A stretch of DNA of 64,000 nt from Pseudomonadales bacterium. GTDB taxonomy: Bacteria > Pseudomonadota > Gammaproteobacteria > Pseudomonadales > Azotimanducaceae. Of this stretch, positions 51,766 through 63,892 are shown one piece after another. A program made the translations under genes and the position numbers. How positions within the stretch are numbered: the first letter of the stretch is position 1; every line of letters starts with the position of its first letter. The notes beneath the pieces were generated by a model that was not told the origin of the DNA, made no database searches, and saw nothing but the letters and a program-made list of their open reading frames with translations. The stretch is taken from positions 3,520,183 through 3,584,182 of the forward strand of contig OZ254080.1 in NCBI GenBank assembly GCA_965267485.1. Reading direction: 5' to 3'.

Positions 51766-54105
51766 ATGGGCTCTCTTCGCAATCAGGTACTCGGGCTCGT
51801 CGTCGGGCTCGTCGTGCTGACGTCGGCGACGACACTGTCCCTCTTCTGGTTCGATACGAGCGAGTTCACGCGAACGACTGTGGCACGCGAATTCACGAGC
51901 GCGACAGGATCCTTCCAGCAGTTGCTGGCTTCGAGGGAACGACAGCTCGTCAATTCAGCGGAGTTGCTCACGGCGGACTTCGGCTTCAAGCAGGCCGTCG
52001 CCACCCGGGATGGCCCGACAATTCAGTCCGCACTGCTCAATCACGGCAGCCGGGTCGATGCCAATCTCATGTTCGTGACCGATCTGCGGGGCCAGCTGAT
52101 CGCGTCGACGCACAACGATCTGCCGCCCGGCAGCCCGCTGCCATTTCCCGAGGTTCTCGCGGCCGCGGCCGCCGAAGGGAACTCGATCTCGCTGGTCGAT
52201 TTCGGGAATGTGCTCTACCAGCTGGTTGTACTGCCAATTCGCGCACCACGCCCCATCGCGTTCGCCGCGGTCGGGTTTCAGTTTGACGAAACGGTGGCCA
52301 TGGAACTCAGGCGCCTCACCGGGCTCGAGGTCACGATCACCACAGGATCGAATCCGACGCGCATCATCAGCACGCTGGAACAGGACGATCTGCAGCAGGC
52401 GCTCAGCGCGCCGAAACAGGTGGACCCGATGTTCGGGCTGCCGTTCGTCGATATCTCGCAGTTCGTGAGTCTTCGGCAACCGCTGACCGACGAGCAGGCC
52501 GGTGCCGGAACCCTGATTCTCTCGGCGAGAATCAGCGATCAATTCAACGCGTTCATCAAACTCAGGGATGAGGTCTTTCTGGCCTGTCTCGTTGTACTGC
52601 TTGCGGCGATCATCGGGGCATCGCTGTTCGCGAACAATATCACCCGCCCCCTCAACAGACTCGTTACCACCTCTATGCGAATGGCTCGCGGGAATTACGA
52701 CGTCGAGCCGGTCGATACCGGCCGATCCCGCGAGGTCGGCGCCCTGTTCCAGGCGTTCAGCGTTATGGGCCACGACATCAGGGAGCGGGAGGAACTGATC
52801 CGTTGGCAGGCGGAACACGATGAACTGACCGGCTTGCTCACACGACAGAAGACCGTCGAGCGAATGGCGAGCGAGATCCTCGACTCGGATCAGGCGGCGG
52901 TGGTGATTGCCTTCGCGATCGACGGCTTGCGCGACATCAGTGACGCGCTTGGCCCGGATGTCGCAGACGAGTTCCTGCGCATTTTCGGCGACAGGCTCAA
53001 ACGATCGCCGTCGGCCATCATCGGCTCTCGCCTCGCCACCAACGAATTTGCACAGGTCGTGATGCTGCGCCGTCATGAGGAGTCGCCGGAGTCGGTTTGC
53101 CAGTACGCACTCGAATCATTGCAGCGACCGATCCAGATTCAGGACATGGCACTCCGCAGAACGATTCGTGCAGGCTATGCGGTTGCCCCGGATGACGGCG
53201 AGAGTCCAGAGGTGCTGCTGAAGCGCGCGTCTATCGCGGTCGAGCGGGCTCGTCAGGAGCAGGTACTGATCCGGTCGTACCAGGAAGGCGAAGAGGAAGA
53301 GCAGGTTCGACGGCTCAGGATCATCAACGAACTCAAGGCCGCGCTCATTGCCGACGATGGCCAGTTGTTCATGGTCTATCAGCCAAAGCTGAACCTGCGC
53401 ACCGGCCGCGTCGACAAGCTCGAGGCACTGATCCGCTGGATCCACCCCGAACTCGGCTTCATCTCACCCGAACTCTTCATCGCACTGGCCGAGCAGTCGA
53501 GCCTCATCCTCGAATTGACGCAGTGGGTGACCGAAACCGTCATCCGGCAGCGCGCCGCGTGGCAATCGTCGTACCCTGACCTTCAGATTGCGATCAACGT
53601 CTCGGCGCAGGACCTCGAACAGGAGAGCCTCGTCGACAGTGTCATGACGCGCCTGAATGAGCACGAGCTCGAGCCGTCGTCACTCTGTTTCGAGATGACC
53701 GAACGCGACGTGATGAACAACGCCGACCGCACCGCCAAGACGATGCGGGAGCTCCGCGCCCTCGGTTTCGAGATCTCCGTCGATGACTACGGTATCGGCC
53801 AGTCTTCGCTGTCGAAGCTCAAGCAGTTGCCGGTGGATGAGATCAAGATCGACAAGCTGTTCATCATGACGCTCGAGGAATCGGAAGGTGACCGGGCGAT
53901 CGCAGAATCGACGATCGAACTCGGGCACAAGTTCGGGCTCACGGTCATCGCCGAGGGCGTTGAATCCGCTGGCGCTATCGAGATTCTCGCGGAGTACGGT
54001 TGCGACTACGTTCAGGGCTATCACCTCAGCAAGCCGTTGCCGCCCGACGAACTGAACACATGGCTTCAGGAATACAAAGATGCAAGGAGGGTCGCCAGCC
54101 AATGA
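51766..54105 (+). CDS. Periplasmic-sensor / HAMP / degenerate-GGDEF / EAL protein (probable c-di-GMP phosphodiesterase)
   Basis: Two TM segments flank a periplasmic domain. The GGDEF site reads ATNEF. EAL motifs are intact (EALIRW, DDYGIGQSSL, KIDK, EGVE, QGY). Confidence 0.88.
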   Translation: MGSLRNQVLGLVVGLVVLTSATTLSLFWFDTSEFTRTTVAREFTSATGSFQQLLASRERQLVNSAELLTADFGFKQAVATRDGPTIQSALLNHGSRVDANLMFVTDLRGQLIASTHNDLPPGSPLPFPEVLAAAAAEGNSISLVDFGNVLYQLVVLPIRAPRPIAFAAVGFQFDETVAMELRRLTGLEVTITTGSNPTRIISTLEQDDLQQALSAPKQVDPMFGLPFVDISQFVSLRQPLTDEQAGAGTLILSARISDQFNAFIKLRDEVFLACLVVLLAAIIGASLFANNITRPLNRLVTTSMRMARGNYDVEPVDTGRSREVGALFQAFSVMGHDIREREELIRWQAEHDELTGLLTRQKTVERMASEILDSDQAAVVIAFAIDGLRDISDALGPDVADEFLRIFGDRLKRSPSAIIGSRLATNEFAQVVMLRRHEESPESVCQYALESLQRPIQIQDMALRRTIRAGYAVAPDDGESPEVLLKRASIAVERARQEQVLIRSYQEGEEEEQVRRLRIINELKAALIADDGQLFMVYQPKLNLRTGRVDKLEALIRWIHPELGFISPELFIALAEQSSLILELTQWVTETVIRQRAAWQSSYPDLQIAINVSAQDLEQESLVDSVMTRLNEHELEPSSLCFEMTERDVMNNADRTAKTMRELRALGFEISVDDYGIGQSSLSKLKQLPVDEIKIDKLFIMTLEESEGDRAIAESTIELGHKFGLTVIAEGVESAGAIEILAEYGCDYVQGYHLSKPLPPDELNTWLQEYKDARRVASQ

Positions 54106-54944
54106 TGAGTAGATTCCTCGCAGCCGCGGTCTGCGCCATGCTGCCGGTCAGTGGTGCAATGGCCGCCGATGGCAAGCTCCTCGGAACCCCCGCTGTTACC
54201 CAGGTGGAGGGGACAGGCGGTACCGGGGTCGTGCCCTGGGCCATTCTCGCCGGCTACGACACCGATGAGCAGGTCGCCGTGTCTTCGTTTGCGACCGCCG
54301 TCAACGTCGACGACTTTCGCCTTCGCGTCTACGGCGCCGCTCTCAGCGTCAGCGACCGACTGGAACTGAGCGTCGCGCATCAGGACATCGAGGTCGTGCC
54401 GCTCGGCGTCGACATCGAACAATCCGTCATCGGTGCCAAACTCAAACTTGCTGGCGATCTGCTCTACACCTCCCTGCCCCAGATCAGCGCGGGACTGCAG
54501 TACAAGCGCCTCGATGATCCTTCTGTACCGTTCCTGCTCGGCGCGCGCGACGATGCCGGTATCGACTATTACGTCGCCGCCAGTCGCCTCAACCTTGGCG
54601 CCGTCTTCGGCTACAACCTGCTCTGGAATGTCACCGCGAGAGCCACGCGCGCAAACCAGAACGGACTGCTCGGCCATGGCGGCGACCTGAACGACGACTA
54701 CGAGATCATGCTCGAAGGCTCGGCTGCAGTGTTGCTGAACCGACATCTCGCTGTCGGATTCGACCTGAGGGGCAAACCGGACAACCTGTCGTCGGTACCG
54801 GAAGATCGCTGGGCCGATATCTTCGTCGCCTGGTTCCCGAACAAGCACATCAACGTCACGGCCGCCTGGGCCGATCTCGGCAACATCGCCGGCCTGCCCG
54901 ACCAGCGCGGCGTGTACGTATCACTAACGGGGTACCTTCGATGA
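54102..54944 (+). CDS. DUF3034-family exported protein
   Basis: Signal peptide ...GAMAADG. ATGA overlap with the upstream stop. Family is from motif recall (VPWAILAGYDT). Confidence 0.6.
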   Translation: MMSRFLAAAVCAMLPVSGAMAADGKLLGTPAVTQVEGTGGTGVVPWAILAGYDTDEQVAVSSFATAVNVDDFRLRVYGAALSVSDRLELSVAHQDIEVVPLGVDIEQSVIGAKLKLAGDLLYTSLPQISAGLQYKRLDDPSVPFLLGARDDAGIDYYVAASRLNLGAVFGYNLLWNVTARATRANQNGLLGHGGDLNDDYEIMLEGSAAVLLNRHLAVGFDLRGKPDNLSSVPEDRWADIFVAWFPNKHINVTAAWADLGNIAGLPDQRGVYVSLTGYLR

Positions 54945-55375
54945 ACAATCCAGTGAAAGCGGCGGCGCTCGTGCTGCTCGCGCTGCTGGCGACCAGCTGC
55001 GCCAACGCGCCTCTCGACAGTGATGACCTGTATCGCGATCTCGGCGGAAGGGAAGGAATCGATCGCATCACGGGTCGCTTCATCGCGGGGATCGGCGAAG
55101 ACCCGGAGATTCGCCCGTTCTTCCTGCACTCGAACCTCGAGAGATTCCACCGCATGATCGGCGATCACCTCTGCGACGTCTCCGGCGGCCCATGCGACTA
55201 CGACGGCGACAAGATGGTCGAGACGCACATCGGCATGGAGATCAATGAAGCGCAATTCAATCGCGTCGTCGAACTCTTGATTGACGCGATGCGCGCCGAA
55301 GACATTCCGTATCCCGTTCAGAACCGGCTGCTGGCGAAACTCGCACCCCTGCGGGGAGACATCATCTACCGCTAG
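54941..55375 (+). CDS. Truncated (2/2) hemoglobin, group I-like, with lipoprotein signal
   Basis: Lipobox LLATSC. Motifs LYRDLGGREGIDRI..RF and proximal-His region MVETHIGMEINEAQF. ATGA overlap with DUF3034. Confidence 0.72.
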   Translation: MNNPVKAAALVLLALLATSCANAPLDSDDLYRDLGGREGIDRITGRFIAGIGEDPEIRPFFLHSNLERFHRMIGDHLCDVSGGPCDYDGDKMVETHIGMEINEAQFNRVVELLIDAMRAEDIPYPVQNRLLAKLAPLRGDIIYR

Positions 55376-55377
55376 CG

Positions 55378-56187
55378 ATGCCTGATCGAATCGAAAAGAC
55401 CATCGAGGTCACCGGGCAGACTGATGCGGTCGAGGCCATCGCGGCGTCAACCGGCCTGTCGAAAACCCGTATCAAGCTGGCCATGACGCGAGGCGCCATC
55501 TGGCTGGGTCGCGGCAAGCAGGTTCGACGGCTGAGGCGGACGACGCGGACCCTCCAGCCCGGCGACACGCTGATCGTCAACTACGATGAAGGTGTGCTGG
55601 CTGCAGAGGCCCCCTCACCTTCACTCATCGCTGACGAGGAATCCTTCTCTGTCTGGTTCAAGCCCGCCGGCGTGATGTCGTCCGGCTCGCGCTTCGGCGA
55701 CCACACCGCAATCGACAGGATGGTCGAACGCGAACTCGACCGCGCCACGTTTCTTGTGCACCGGCTGGATCAGTACGCAACCGGCCTTATCGTGCTGGCG
55801 CACAGCAAGTCAGCGGCTGCGGACCTTGCCACACAGTTTCGCAACCGCAGCGTTGAAAAGCGGTATCAGGCGATCGTCGAGGGCTGCCTGCATGAACCAC
55901 TTACTATCGATACGCCGCTCGATGACCGCACGGCCATCACGCATGTCACGCCACGTGAGACGGGAACGACTGTCACGCTGGTGGATGTGCGAATCGAGAC
56001 GGGCAGAAAGCACCAGATCCGCAGACACCTCGCTTCGATCGGCCATCCGGTGATCGGCGACCGGCTGTACGGAAACACGACCGACAGCCCCCTCAGGCTG
56101 ACTGCGTGCGAACTGGCTTTCGATGCGCCATCAGGCGGCCGTTTTCGGTATGAGTTGCCGGCCAGTCAACGCCCGCACCTGCCGTGA
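55378..56187 (+). CDS. RluA-family pseudouridine synthase
   Basis: Motifs HRLDQYATGLIVLA and GRKHQIRRHL. Confidence 0.85.
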   Translation: MPDRIEKTIEVTGQTDAVEAIAASTGLSKTRIKLAMTRGAIWLGRGKQVRRLRRTTRTLQPGDTLIVNYDEGVLAAEAPSPSLIADEESFSVWFKPAGVMSSGSRFGDHTAIDRMVERELDRATFLVHRLDQYATGLIVLAHSKSAAADLATQFRNRSVEKRYQAIVEGCLHEPLTIDTPLDDRTAITHVTPRETGTTVTLVDVRIETGRKHQIRRHLASIGHPVIGDRLYGNTTDSPLRLTACELAFDAPSGGRFRYELPASQRPHLP

Positions 56188-56198
56188 AGGGGCGTTGC

Positions 56199-57332
56199 CT
56201 AACGGGCAAACTCGATCAGTACACCGGCCGCCACCGCGGACCCAATGACCCCGGCCACGTTCGGCCCCATCGCGTGCATGAGCAGGAAGTTGTTCGGGTT
56301 GGACTCAAGTCCTACCTTGCTGGCAACCCGCGCCGCCATCGGAACGGCCGACACGCCCGCTGCTCCGATGAGCGGATTGATCTTCTCGCGGCCGAACATG
56401 TTCATGAGCTTGGCCATCAGCACACCCGTTGCCGTACCAATGCAGAAGGCCACCATGCCGAGCAGCAGGATGCCCAGCGTATCCAGCACCAGGAACTGTT
56501 CGGCACGGAGCTTCGAGCCGACGGAGAGACCGAGGAGAATCGTCACGATATTGATGAGGGCGTTCTGTGTCGTGTCACTCAACCGGTCGACAACGCCACA
56601 TTCGCGCATCAGATTGCCGAAGCAGAACATGCCGAGCAGCGGTGCCGCACTCGGCACGGCGAGCGCCACCAGAATCAGCAGCACGATCGGAAAGAAAATC
56701 TTCTCGCGCCGTGACACGACCCGCAGCTGTACCATTTCGATCTCGCGCTCCTGCTTGCTCGTCAGGGCCCGCATGATCGGCGGCTGTATCAGCGGCACCA
56801 GTGCCATGTAGGAGTAGGCCGCGACCGCAATCGCGCCGAGCAGGTGCGGCGCCAGCTGGCCGGAGACATAGATGGCTGTCGGGCCGTCGGCCCCGCCAAT
56901 GATGCCGATGGCAGCGGCCTCCTTGATCGAGAAATCGAAGACGCCGATGCTGGTCATCGATACCGCACCCAGCAGCGTCGCAAATATGCCGAACTGCGCG
57001 GCAGCGCCGAGGAACAGCGTCCGCGGATTCGCTAGCATGGGTCCGAAGTCCGTGAGTGCACCCACACCCATGAAGATGAGCAGCGGGAACATGCCGGTTT
57101 CGACGCCAACGGCATAGAACTGGTGCAGGATACCCTCGCCAACGGCAATGTCGACCCCGGGTATGTTGCTGAGAATGCCGCCGAAGCCGATCGGGACCAG
57201 CAGCAGCGGCTCAAATCCCTTAGCGATGGCAAGGTAGAGCAGACCCAGACCGACACCGATCATGACGGCCTGGTCCCAGTGCAGTTGATAGACCCCGGTG
57301 GTATGCCAGAGCTCGAGCAGAATGTCGGACAT
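56199..57332 (-). CDS. oadB: Na+-translocating oxaloacetate decarboxylase beta subunit
   Basis: Polytopic OadB-family sequence ([17 protein letters not shown]..., [10 protein letters not shown]). Confidence 0.9.
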   Translation of the reverse strand: MSDILLELWHTTGVYQLHWDQAVMIGVGLGLLYLAIAKGFEPLLLVPIGFGGILSNIPGVDIAVGEGILHQFYAVGVETGMFPLLIFMGVGALTDFGPMLANPRTLFLGAAAQFGIFATLLGAVSMTSIGVFDFSIKEAAAIGIIGGADGPTAIYVSGQLAPHLLGAIAVAAYSYMALVPLIQPPIMRALTSKQEREIEMVQLRVVSRREKIFFPIVLLILVALAVPSAAPLLGMFCFGNLMRECGVVDRLSDTTQNALINIVTILLGLSVGSKLRAEQFLVLDTLGILLLGMVAFCIGTATGVLMAKLMNMFGREKINPLIGAAGVSAVPMAARVASKVGLESNPNNFLLMHAMGPNVAGVIGSAVAAGVLIEFAR

Positions 57333-57338
57333 TGCCGT

Positions 57339-59132
57339 CTAGCCCAGCGTGATCAGTGTGTCGCCGGCATTGACGGAATCGCCCTCGCCAACCGGGACAC
57401 TTGCAACGGTACCGCCGGTGCTTGCACGAATCTCCGTTTCCATCTTCATCGCTTCCAGCACCAGGACGACATCACCGGATTCCACGACATCGCCAACCTT
57501 GACGTTGACCTTGAAGACATTCCCCGACAACGGCGCCTTGATGCCCACACTGGCGCCGGAGGCAGCCGGGCTCGCGGTGGGAGAGGATTGCGGTGATGCC
57601 GGTGCCGGCGTCGCGCTGTCGATCTCACCGCCCGGCGACACGCGAACCACGTACGCCTTGCCATCGACTTCAACGGTGTAGGTTTCAGGCGGTAGCGATT
57701 GGCCGGTTGCCGCTGCCGGTGCAGGTTCCGGCTCGTCGCCAGGACGCGGCTCGAAGGCGTCCGGGTTGTCACGATTCTGCAGGAACTTGATGCCGGGCTG
57801 CGGGAACAGCGCATAGGTCAGCACATCGTCATCGATGCACTCGCCGAACTTCAGTCCTTTCTCCTTTTCCTGCGACTGCAGTTCCTGCTTGAGTTTCTCA
57901 AACTCCGGTTCAAGACGATCCGCCGGCCGGCACGTGATGGGCGACTCGCCTTCATCAAGTACGCGCGCCTGCAGCGCCTCGTCGACCGGCGCCGGTGTCG
58001 CACCGTACTCGCCCCGAAGGACGCCGGAAGTCTCACGGGTGATCTGTTTGTAGCGTTCGCCAGCCAGTACGTTGAAGACGGCCTGGGTACCAACAATCTG
58101 CGACGTCGGCGTCACCAGCGGGATGAAGCCCAGCTCTTCCCGGACCCGCGGGATCTCGCTCAGGACCTCATCCATCCGGTCGAGCGCATTCTGTTCCCGC
58201 AGTTGGTTCTCAAGGTTCGTCAGCATACCGCCTGGCACCTGTGCGACGAGGATTCGCGAATCGATACCGCGCAGGGAACCTTCGAACCTGGCATAGCGCT
58301 TTCTGACATCTCGAAAATAGGCGGCGATCTCCTCAAGCGGCTCGATCTCGAGGCCGGTGTCGCGCTCGTGACCCTTCAGGATCGCGATCAGCGTCTCGGT
58401 GGGTGAGTGGCCGTAGGTCATGCTCATTGACGAAATCGCGGTGTCGACATTGTCGATGCCCGCCTCGATCGCCTTAAGGTATGTCGCAGTCGACATGCCG
58501 GTCGTCGCATGACACTGCATGTGAATCGGGACGCTGACGGCCTTTTTGAGTTCCGTCACGAGTTCGAACGCAACATACGGGGCCAGCAGGCCGGCCATAT
58601 CCTTGATGGCGATCGAGTCGGCACCCATTGACTCGAGGCGCTTCGCCATGTCGACCCACATCGGAATATCGTGAACGGGGCTCACGGTGTACGAGAGCGT
58701 ACCCTGCGCGTGCTTGCCCTGCTTGTTGACCGCAGCAATCGCACACTCGAGATTGCGCGGGTCGTTCATCGCATCAAAGATTCGGAACACGTCGACACCG
58801 TTTTCGGCCGCGCGCTCAACGAACTTGTCGACGATGTCATCCGCATAGTGACGATAGCCCAGAATGTTCTGGCCGCGAAAAAGCATCTGTTGGGGCGTAT
58901 TCGGCATGACCTTCTTGATCTCGCGAATTCGCTCCCAGGGGTCTTCCCCGAGATAGCGGATACATGCATCGAACGTGGCGCCGCCCCAGCTTTCCATCGA
59001 CCAATACCCGACCTTGTCGAGCTTTTCGGCCATCGGGAGCATGTCATCGAGACGGAAGCGGGTGGCGAGGAGCGACTGATGGGCGTCGCGGAATACGAGC
59101 TCGGTGAGACCGAGAGGCTGCTGATTGCTCAT
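57339..59132 (-). CDS. oadA: Oxaloacetate decarboxylase alpha subunit (carboxyltransferase + biotinyl domain)
   Basis: Motif LRDAHQSL-type ([12 protein letters not shown]) and biotin attachment site EAMKME. Confidence 0.93.
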   Translation of the reverse strand: MSNQQPLGLTELVFRDAHQSLLATRFRLDDMLPMAEKLDKVGYWSMESWGGATFDACIRYLGEDPWERIREIKKVMPNTPQQMLFRGQNILGYRHYADDIVDKFVERAAENGVDVFRIFDAMNDPRNLECAIAAVNKQGKHAQGTLSYTVSPVHDIPMWVDMAKRLESMGADSIAIKDMAGLLAPYVAFELVTELKKAVSVPIHMQCHATTGMSTATYLKAIEAGIDNVDTAISSMSMTYGHSPTETLIAILKGHERDTGLEIEPLEEIAAYFRDVRKRYARFEGSLRGIDSRILVAQVPGGMLTNLENQLREQNALDRMDEVLSEIPRVREELGFIPLVTPTSQIVGTQAVFNVLAGERYKQITRETSGVLRGEYGATPAPVDEALQARVLDEGESPITCRPADRLEPEFEKLKQELQSQEKEKGLKFGECIDDDVLTYALFPQPGIKFLQNRDNPDAFEPRPGDEPEPAPAAATGQSLPPETYTVEVDGKAYVVRVSPGGEIDSATPAPASPQSSPTASPAASGASVGIKAPLSGNVFKVNVKVGDVVESGDVVLVLEAMKMETEIRASTGGTVASVPVGEGDSVNAGDTLITLG

Positions 59133-59258
59133 TTTGTTATTGAGCCCTTATTTAGTTTCTTTCGCGCATTGGTGATGCGCTTGACAGGGTGCCGCGGGTA
59201 GCGACTCGGGGAATATCTCACAGCGTCTCGGCGAAAGCCAAACCGGCCGAACTGGCCG

Positions 59259-59504
59259 TCAGCGGCGAGGCGTCTCGCGATAGCGTCGAACGGCGGCAGA
59301 AATGGCCGCAAGCGTGCCGGCATCAGGCCCATCGCCGGGTGCAGGATGAGATCGGGCTTGCTCCGGCTCAACGGTAACCGGCTCATATCGCGCGACAAGG
59401 GCAGACATCGCCATGGTGGCGTAAACGAGGAGTGTAAGGAACACGAAGACTGTGCCCATGCCGAAGGCGGCCAATTCGAAACCACGGAGTACGAGATCAG
59501 ACAT
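59259..59504 (-). CDS. oadG: Oxaloacetate decarboxylase gamma subunit
   Basis: 81 aa with a single N-terminal TM segment (GMGTVFVFLTLLVYATMA). Position is upstream of oadA. Start chosen at MSDLVLRG. Confidence 0.6.
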   Translation of the reverse strand: MSDLVLRGFELAAFGMGTVFVFLTLLVYATMAMSALVARYEPVTVEPEQARSHPAPGDGPDAGTLAAISAAVRRYRETPRR

Positions 59505-59536
59505 AAGCGCGATATTACACCAATTTCGCGCTTGCC

Positions 59537-59565
59537 TTGACCCCTCGGGGTCGCGCATTGATAAT
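59537..59565 (+). promoter_or_regulatory. Sigma-70 promoter for the tRNA-Arg/tRNA-Ser pair
   Basis: TTGACC - 17 nt - GATAAT, followed by a GC-rich discriminator. The -10 element ends 12 nt before the tRNA 5' end. Confidence 0.55.
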
Positions 59566-59577
59566 ACGCGCTCGCTT

Positions 59578-59654
59578 GCGCCCGTAGCTCAGCTGGATAG
59601 AGCACCTGGCTACGAACTAGGGGGTCGGGAGTTCGAATCTCTCCGGGCGCGCCA
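59578..59654 (+). tRNA. tRNA-Arg (anticodon ACG)
   Basis: Cloverleaf folded by eye with anticodon loop CTACGAA. Close to the E. coli argV-type sequence. CCA is encoded. Confidence 0.92.
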
Positions 59655-59743
59655 TCTCTCTCAGGACCTGTTGGTCAGTGTCTCGTCGCCATCCTGATCG
59701 AACTCTGGTCAACAGGCGTGAGAAGATAAGCGAGACAATCTCC

Positions 59744-59834
59744 GGAGAGGTGGCCGAGTGGTCGAAGGCGCTCCCCTGCTAAGGGAGTATGGGTTAACAG
59801 CTCATCGAGGGTTCGAATCCCTCTCTCTCCGCCA
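59744..59834 (+). tRNA. tRNA-Ser (anticodon GCT), long variable arm
   Basis: GGAGAGGTGGCCGAGTGG..., anticodon loop CTGCTAA, long extra arm and encoded CCA. Confidence 0.92.
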
Positions 59835-59988
59835 GATTGCTCTTTGAGATAAGGTCCTCGCTCAATTCCGCTAAAACTGCCAACGGCGGGCTCATTTGAG
59901 GGATCCGCAGTCCGCCTCTTACTCTCGATCGCTACAACTGTGAAACCCGCCGAGGCGGGTTTCACGCTCTGAACTCACAGTGATTTAG

Positions 59989-60891
59989 CTATTCCAGCAC
60001 AAAGACAACGTCGACGACCGCATGCATTCCAAGCCTAGATTTGGCCCACGACCAAAGGATCAACTGATTGCCGGCGTGATCTACTCTCTTGGATCTTTTT
60101 GCCTTAGTTCTGAAAGACTCAAACCCATGGTCGCTTACATGTGAGATTTCATCTGGCGTGGAGATACCGTCAGCATTGGAATCGAGCCAAAAAATGAGAC
60201 TACTCCAGATAGCATCTGCCTCGGTAATCTTTCCGTCTTTATTGCCGCCATTTTTTGGCTTGTCATACTGTGCCAAAGCCATGAACCCATGCTTGGCCGT
60301 ATAGCCACGACCGATTATCACTGTGCTGTCACCGAATAGTTCAGAACTATCATCAATAACACCGTTCGAGTTTAGATCCAGCGCTATAAAGGCTTCGTTC
60401 CCGCCTTGCATAACCCATTGCGTGGACTCCGAAGCACCATCGGCGTCCAGATCGAATTCGATATACACGCCCTCTTCACCCAACAGTATCCCGTCTCTCC
60501 CGAGATCAACAATCAAAGGTGTGCAGCCAAATTGTGTTGCGTCCGTCTTTTGGATAGGTGGATCGTATGACGGACTCGTGATTTTTGTTCTAGCGAAGTA
60601 GAAATCGCCGCAGATAGCCGCCTTATCGCCGCTTCCCCAGTTATCACCAGTTTCGGGGCTAGTGAGCGTATCATTGCCGCTAAACAACTGGCCCTGGTCG
60701 GTTGAGGTTAATGTACCGTTGGAAGTAATGTTGGGGTCCCCGCTAGATCTTGTGTGATTGTGACTACTTGCGACAATCTGCTGCCAGGGATTGCCTGTAA
60801 TTACCTCTGCGTCAACGGTCGGCGTGGCACTTGCGTTAAAGCAACCAATCACAAGAACTGACAAAGCCAAAGTTCGAATGATCATCTTCAT
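59989..60891 (-). CDS. Secreted protein with several Dx[DN]xDG-type calcium-binding loops
   Basis: Signal peptide. Loops DLDADGASE, DLNSNGVIDD, NKDGKITEAD and DSNADGISTPDE. The gene is visibly more AT-rich than the rest of the window. Confidence 0.55.
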   Translation of the reverse strand: MKMIIRTLALSVLVIGCFNASATPTVDAEVITGNPWQQIVASSHNHTRSSGDPNITSNGTLTSTDQGQLFSGNDTLTSPETGDNWGSGDKAAICGDFYFARTKITSPSYDPPIQKTDATQFGCTPLIVDLGRDGILLGEEGVYIEFDLDADGASESTQWVMQGGNEAFIALDLNSNGVIDDSSELFGDSTVIIGRGYTAKHGFMALAQYDKPKNGGNKDGKITEADAIWSSLIFWLDSNADGISTPDEISHVSDHGFESFRTKAKRSKRVDHAGNQLILWSWAKSRLGMHAVVDVVFVLE

Positions 60892-61493
60892 GATTGCGCT
60901 CCTTGTTCTGCAAAGCAGACTTCCTCAAGCGCCGATCGGGCTTCGATTAACTTACCGGCGTACTGAGCAGTCTTGTCGACCGCGAACACAGCTGTCTTAC
61001 TTGCCCTTGACTCCATGTACTCAAGCATCAAGTCGTACTCTTCAGACGTCATCTCAAGCTTCGCTTCGATCAAAAACTTTTTGTAGATGGGTTCGACGTA
61101 ATCATCCAGCATGTGCAATGCCGTAAGCACTTCGTCGTCTGAAAGACTTGGCCCCTGACAGGCCAGTCTCTTATGAGTATTGAACAACTCATTATCGGCA
61201 CGGATGCCTAGATTCCTTGTCTTGCGCAACATGCTACGAACGAGCTCCGTGCTTGCGTCCGTAAGTCTTACGACATACTCAACTTGGCTCTGAAAGTTGG
61301 ATCTTGCCAATTTCATCACCATGGCTCTGAACTTAAAGCCATCTGGCAGTGGTGGAGCACCATCAGCACCATATACCCAGCGGGGCTGCTCTTGTGACAC
61401 TGCTTCTTCTGGGGGAGCGACAGGCTCTTGCGCCTGTCCAATAGGTGAACAGAAAACTAAACAAACAGAAACAGACAGAGTCAATATTCTCAC
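60888..61493 (-). CDS. Hypothetical secreted protein
   Basis: Signal peptide, 4-nt overlap with the downstream gene, AT-rich islet. No family recognised. Confidence 0.45.
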   Translation of the reverse strand: MRILTLSVSVCLVFCSPIGQAQEPVAPPEEAVSQEQPRWVYGADGAPPLPDGFKFRAMVMKLARSNFQSQVEYVVRLTDASTELVRSMLRKTRNLGIRADNELFNTHKRLACQGPSLSDDEVLTALHMLDDYVEPIYKKFLIEAKLEMTSEEYDLMLEYMESRASKTAVFAVDKTAQYAGKLIEARSALEEVCFAEQGAQS

Positions 61494-61792
61494 GATATCC
61501 GTACCTCTTAGCTCTTCGAATCTAGCAACAAGCTAGATTCATTCCTTGAATCAGAGATCACACTACAACTGGATCCGCTCTTGTTGGGTCACCTCTCGCA
61601 AGCTTGACTAGCTGTACTACGCCTCATGAGCGACCCGGACGACAGTCTAGAGAAGAACCACTAATTCTCAAAAAAGTTAGCTAGAAAAGATGCGCATAAA
61701 AAGCTTCTCTTAAGACCATGTTGATCTAGTGCAAAATATGTTCAACCCGCTGAGAGGATTGAGCAACATAGCGAGGCATCACCGACTGAACT

Positions 61793-62040
61793 ATGGCAAT
61801 TGCAGCACGCGGCGACGTGCGCGGCGTCATACTTCACTCGGATCGAGGTCGACCCTACGCCTCAAGGGAATACCAAGACCTCGTACGGAAGCATGGGGCG
61901 ATCTGCAGCATGAGTCGGAAGGGAGACTGCTGGGATAACGCACCCATGGAGAGCTTCTATCACTCGCTGAAGACCGAATGGACCACCTTCGAGGACTACC
62001 ATACCTTCGACGAAGCGCGAGCCAGCGTCTTCAGCTACAT
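61793..62040 (+). pseudogene. IS3-family transposase fragment (part of the rve/integrase core)
   Basis: Motifs ILHSDRGRPYAS and SMSRKGDCWDNAPMESFYHSLKTE. The N-terminal part is missing or frameshifted, and the C-terminal part is cut off at the IS21 end. Confidence 0.75.
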
Positions 62041-62105
62041 TGTTAACGCCGGAGTAAAATTGACCCCCCTGCATGGGTATGCTGGCGTCCATTTGGAACG
62101 ACGCC

Positions 62106-63892
<1,787 letters not shown>

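Noticed and set aside
51955-53076. 373-aa minus-strand ORF
   Set aside because: It is antisense to the GGDEF-EAL gene, whose HAMP, GGDEF and EAL motifs are unambiguous on the plus strand.
59129-59605. 158-aa minus-strand ORF overlapping the oadA start, oadG and the tRNA-Arg gene
   Set aside because: It overlaps a tRNA gene and its promoter and is out of frame with the oadG-like ORF. The shorter 81-aa TM protein in the other frame fits OadG.
61511-61530. Partial match (TTCGAATC) to the tRNA-Ser T-arm as a possible island attR
   Set aside because: Only about 8 nt match, which is too short to distinguish from chance. No extended direct repeat of the tRNA 3' end is seen within the window.
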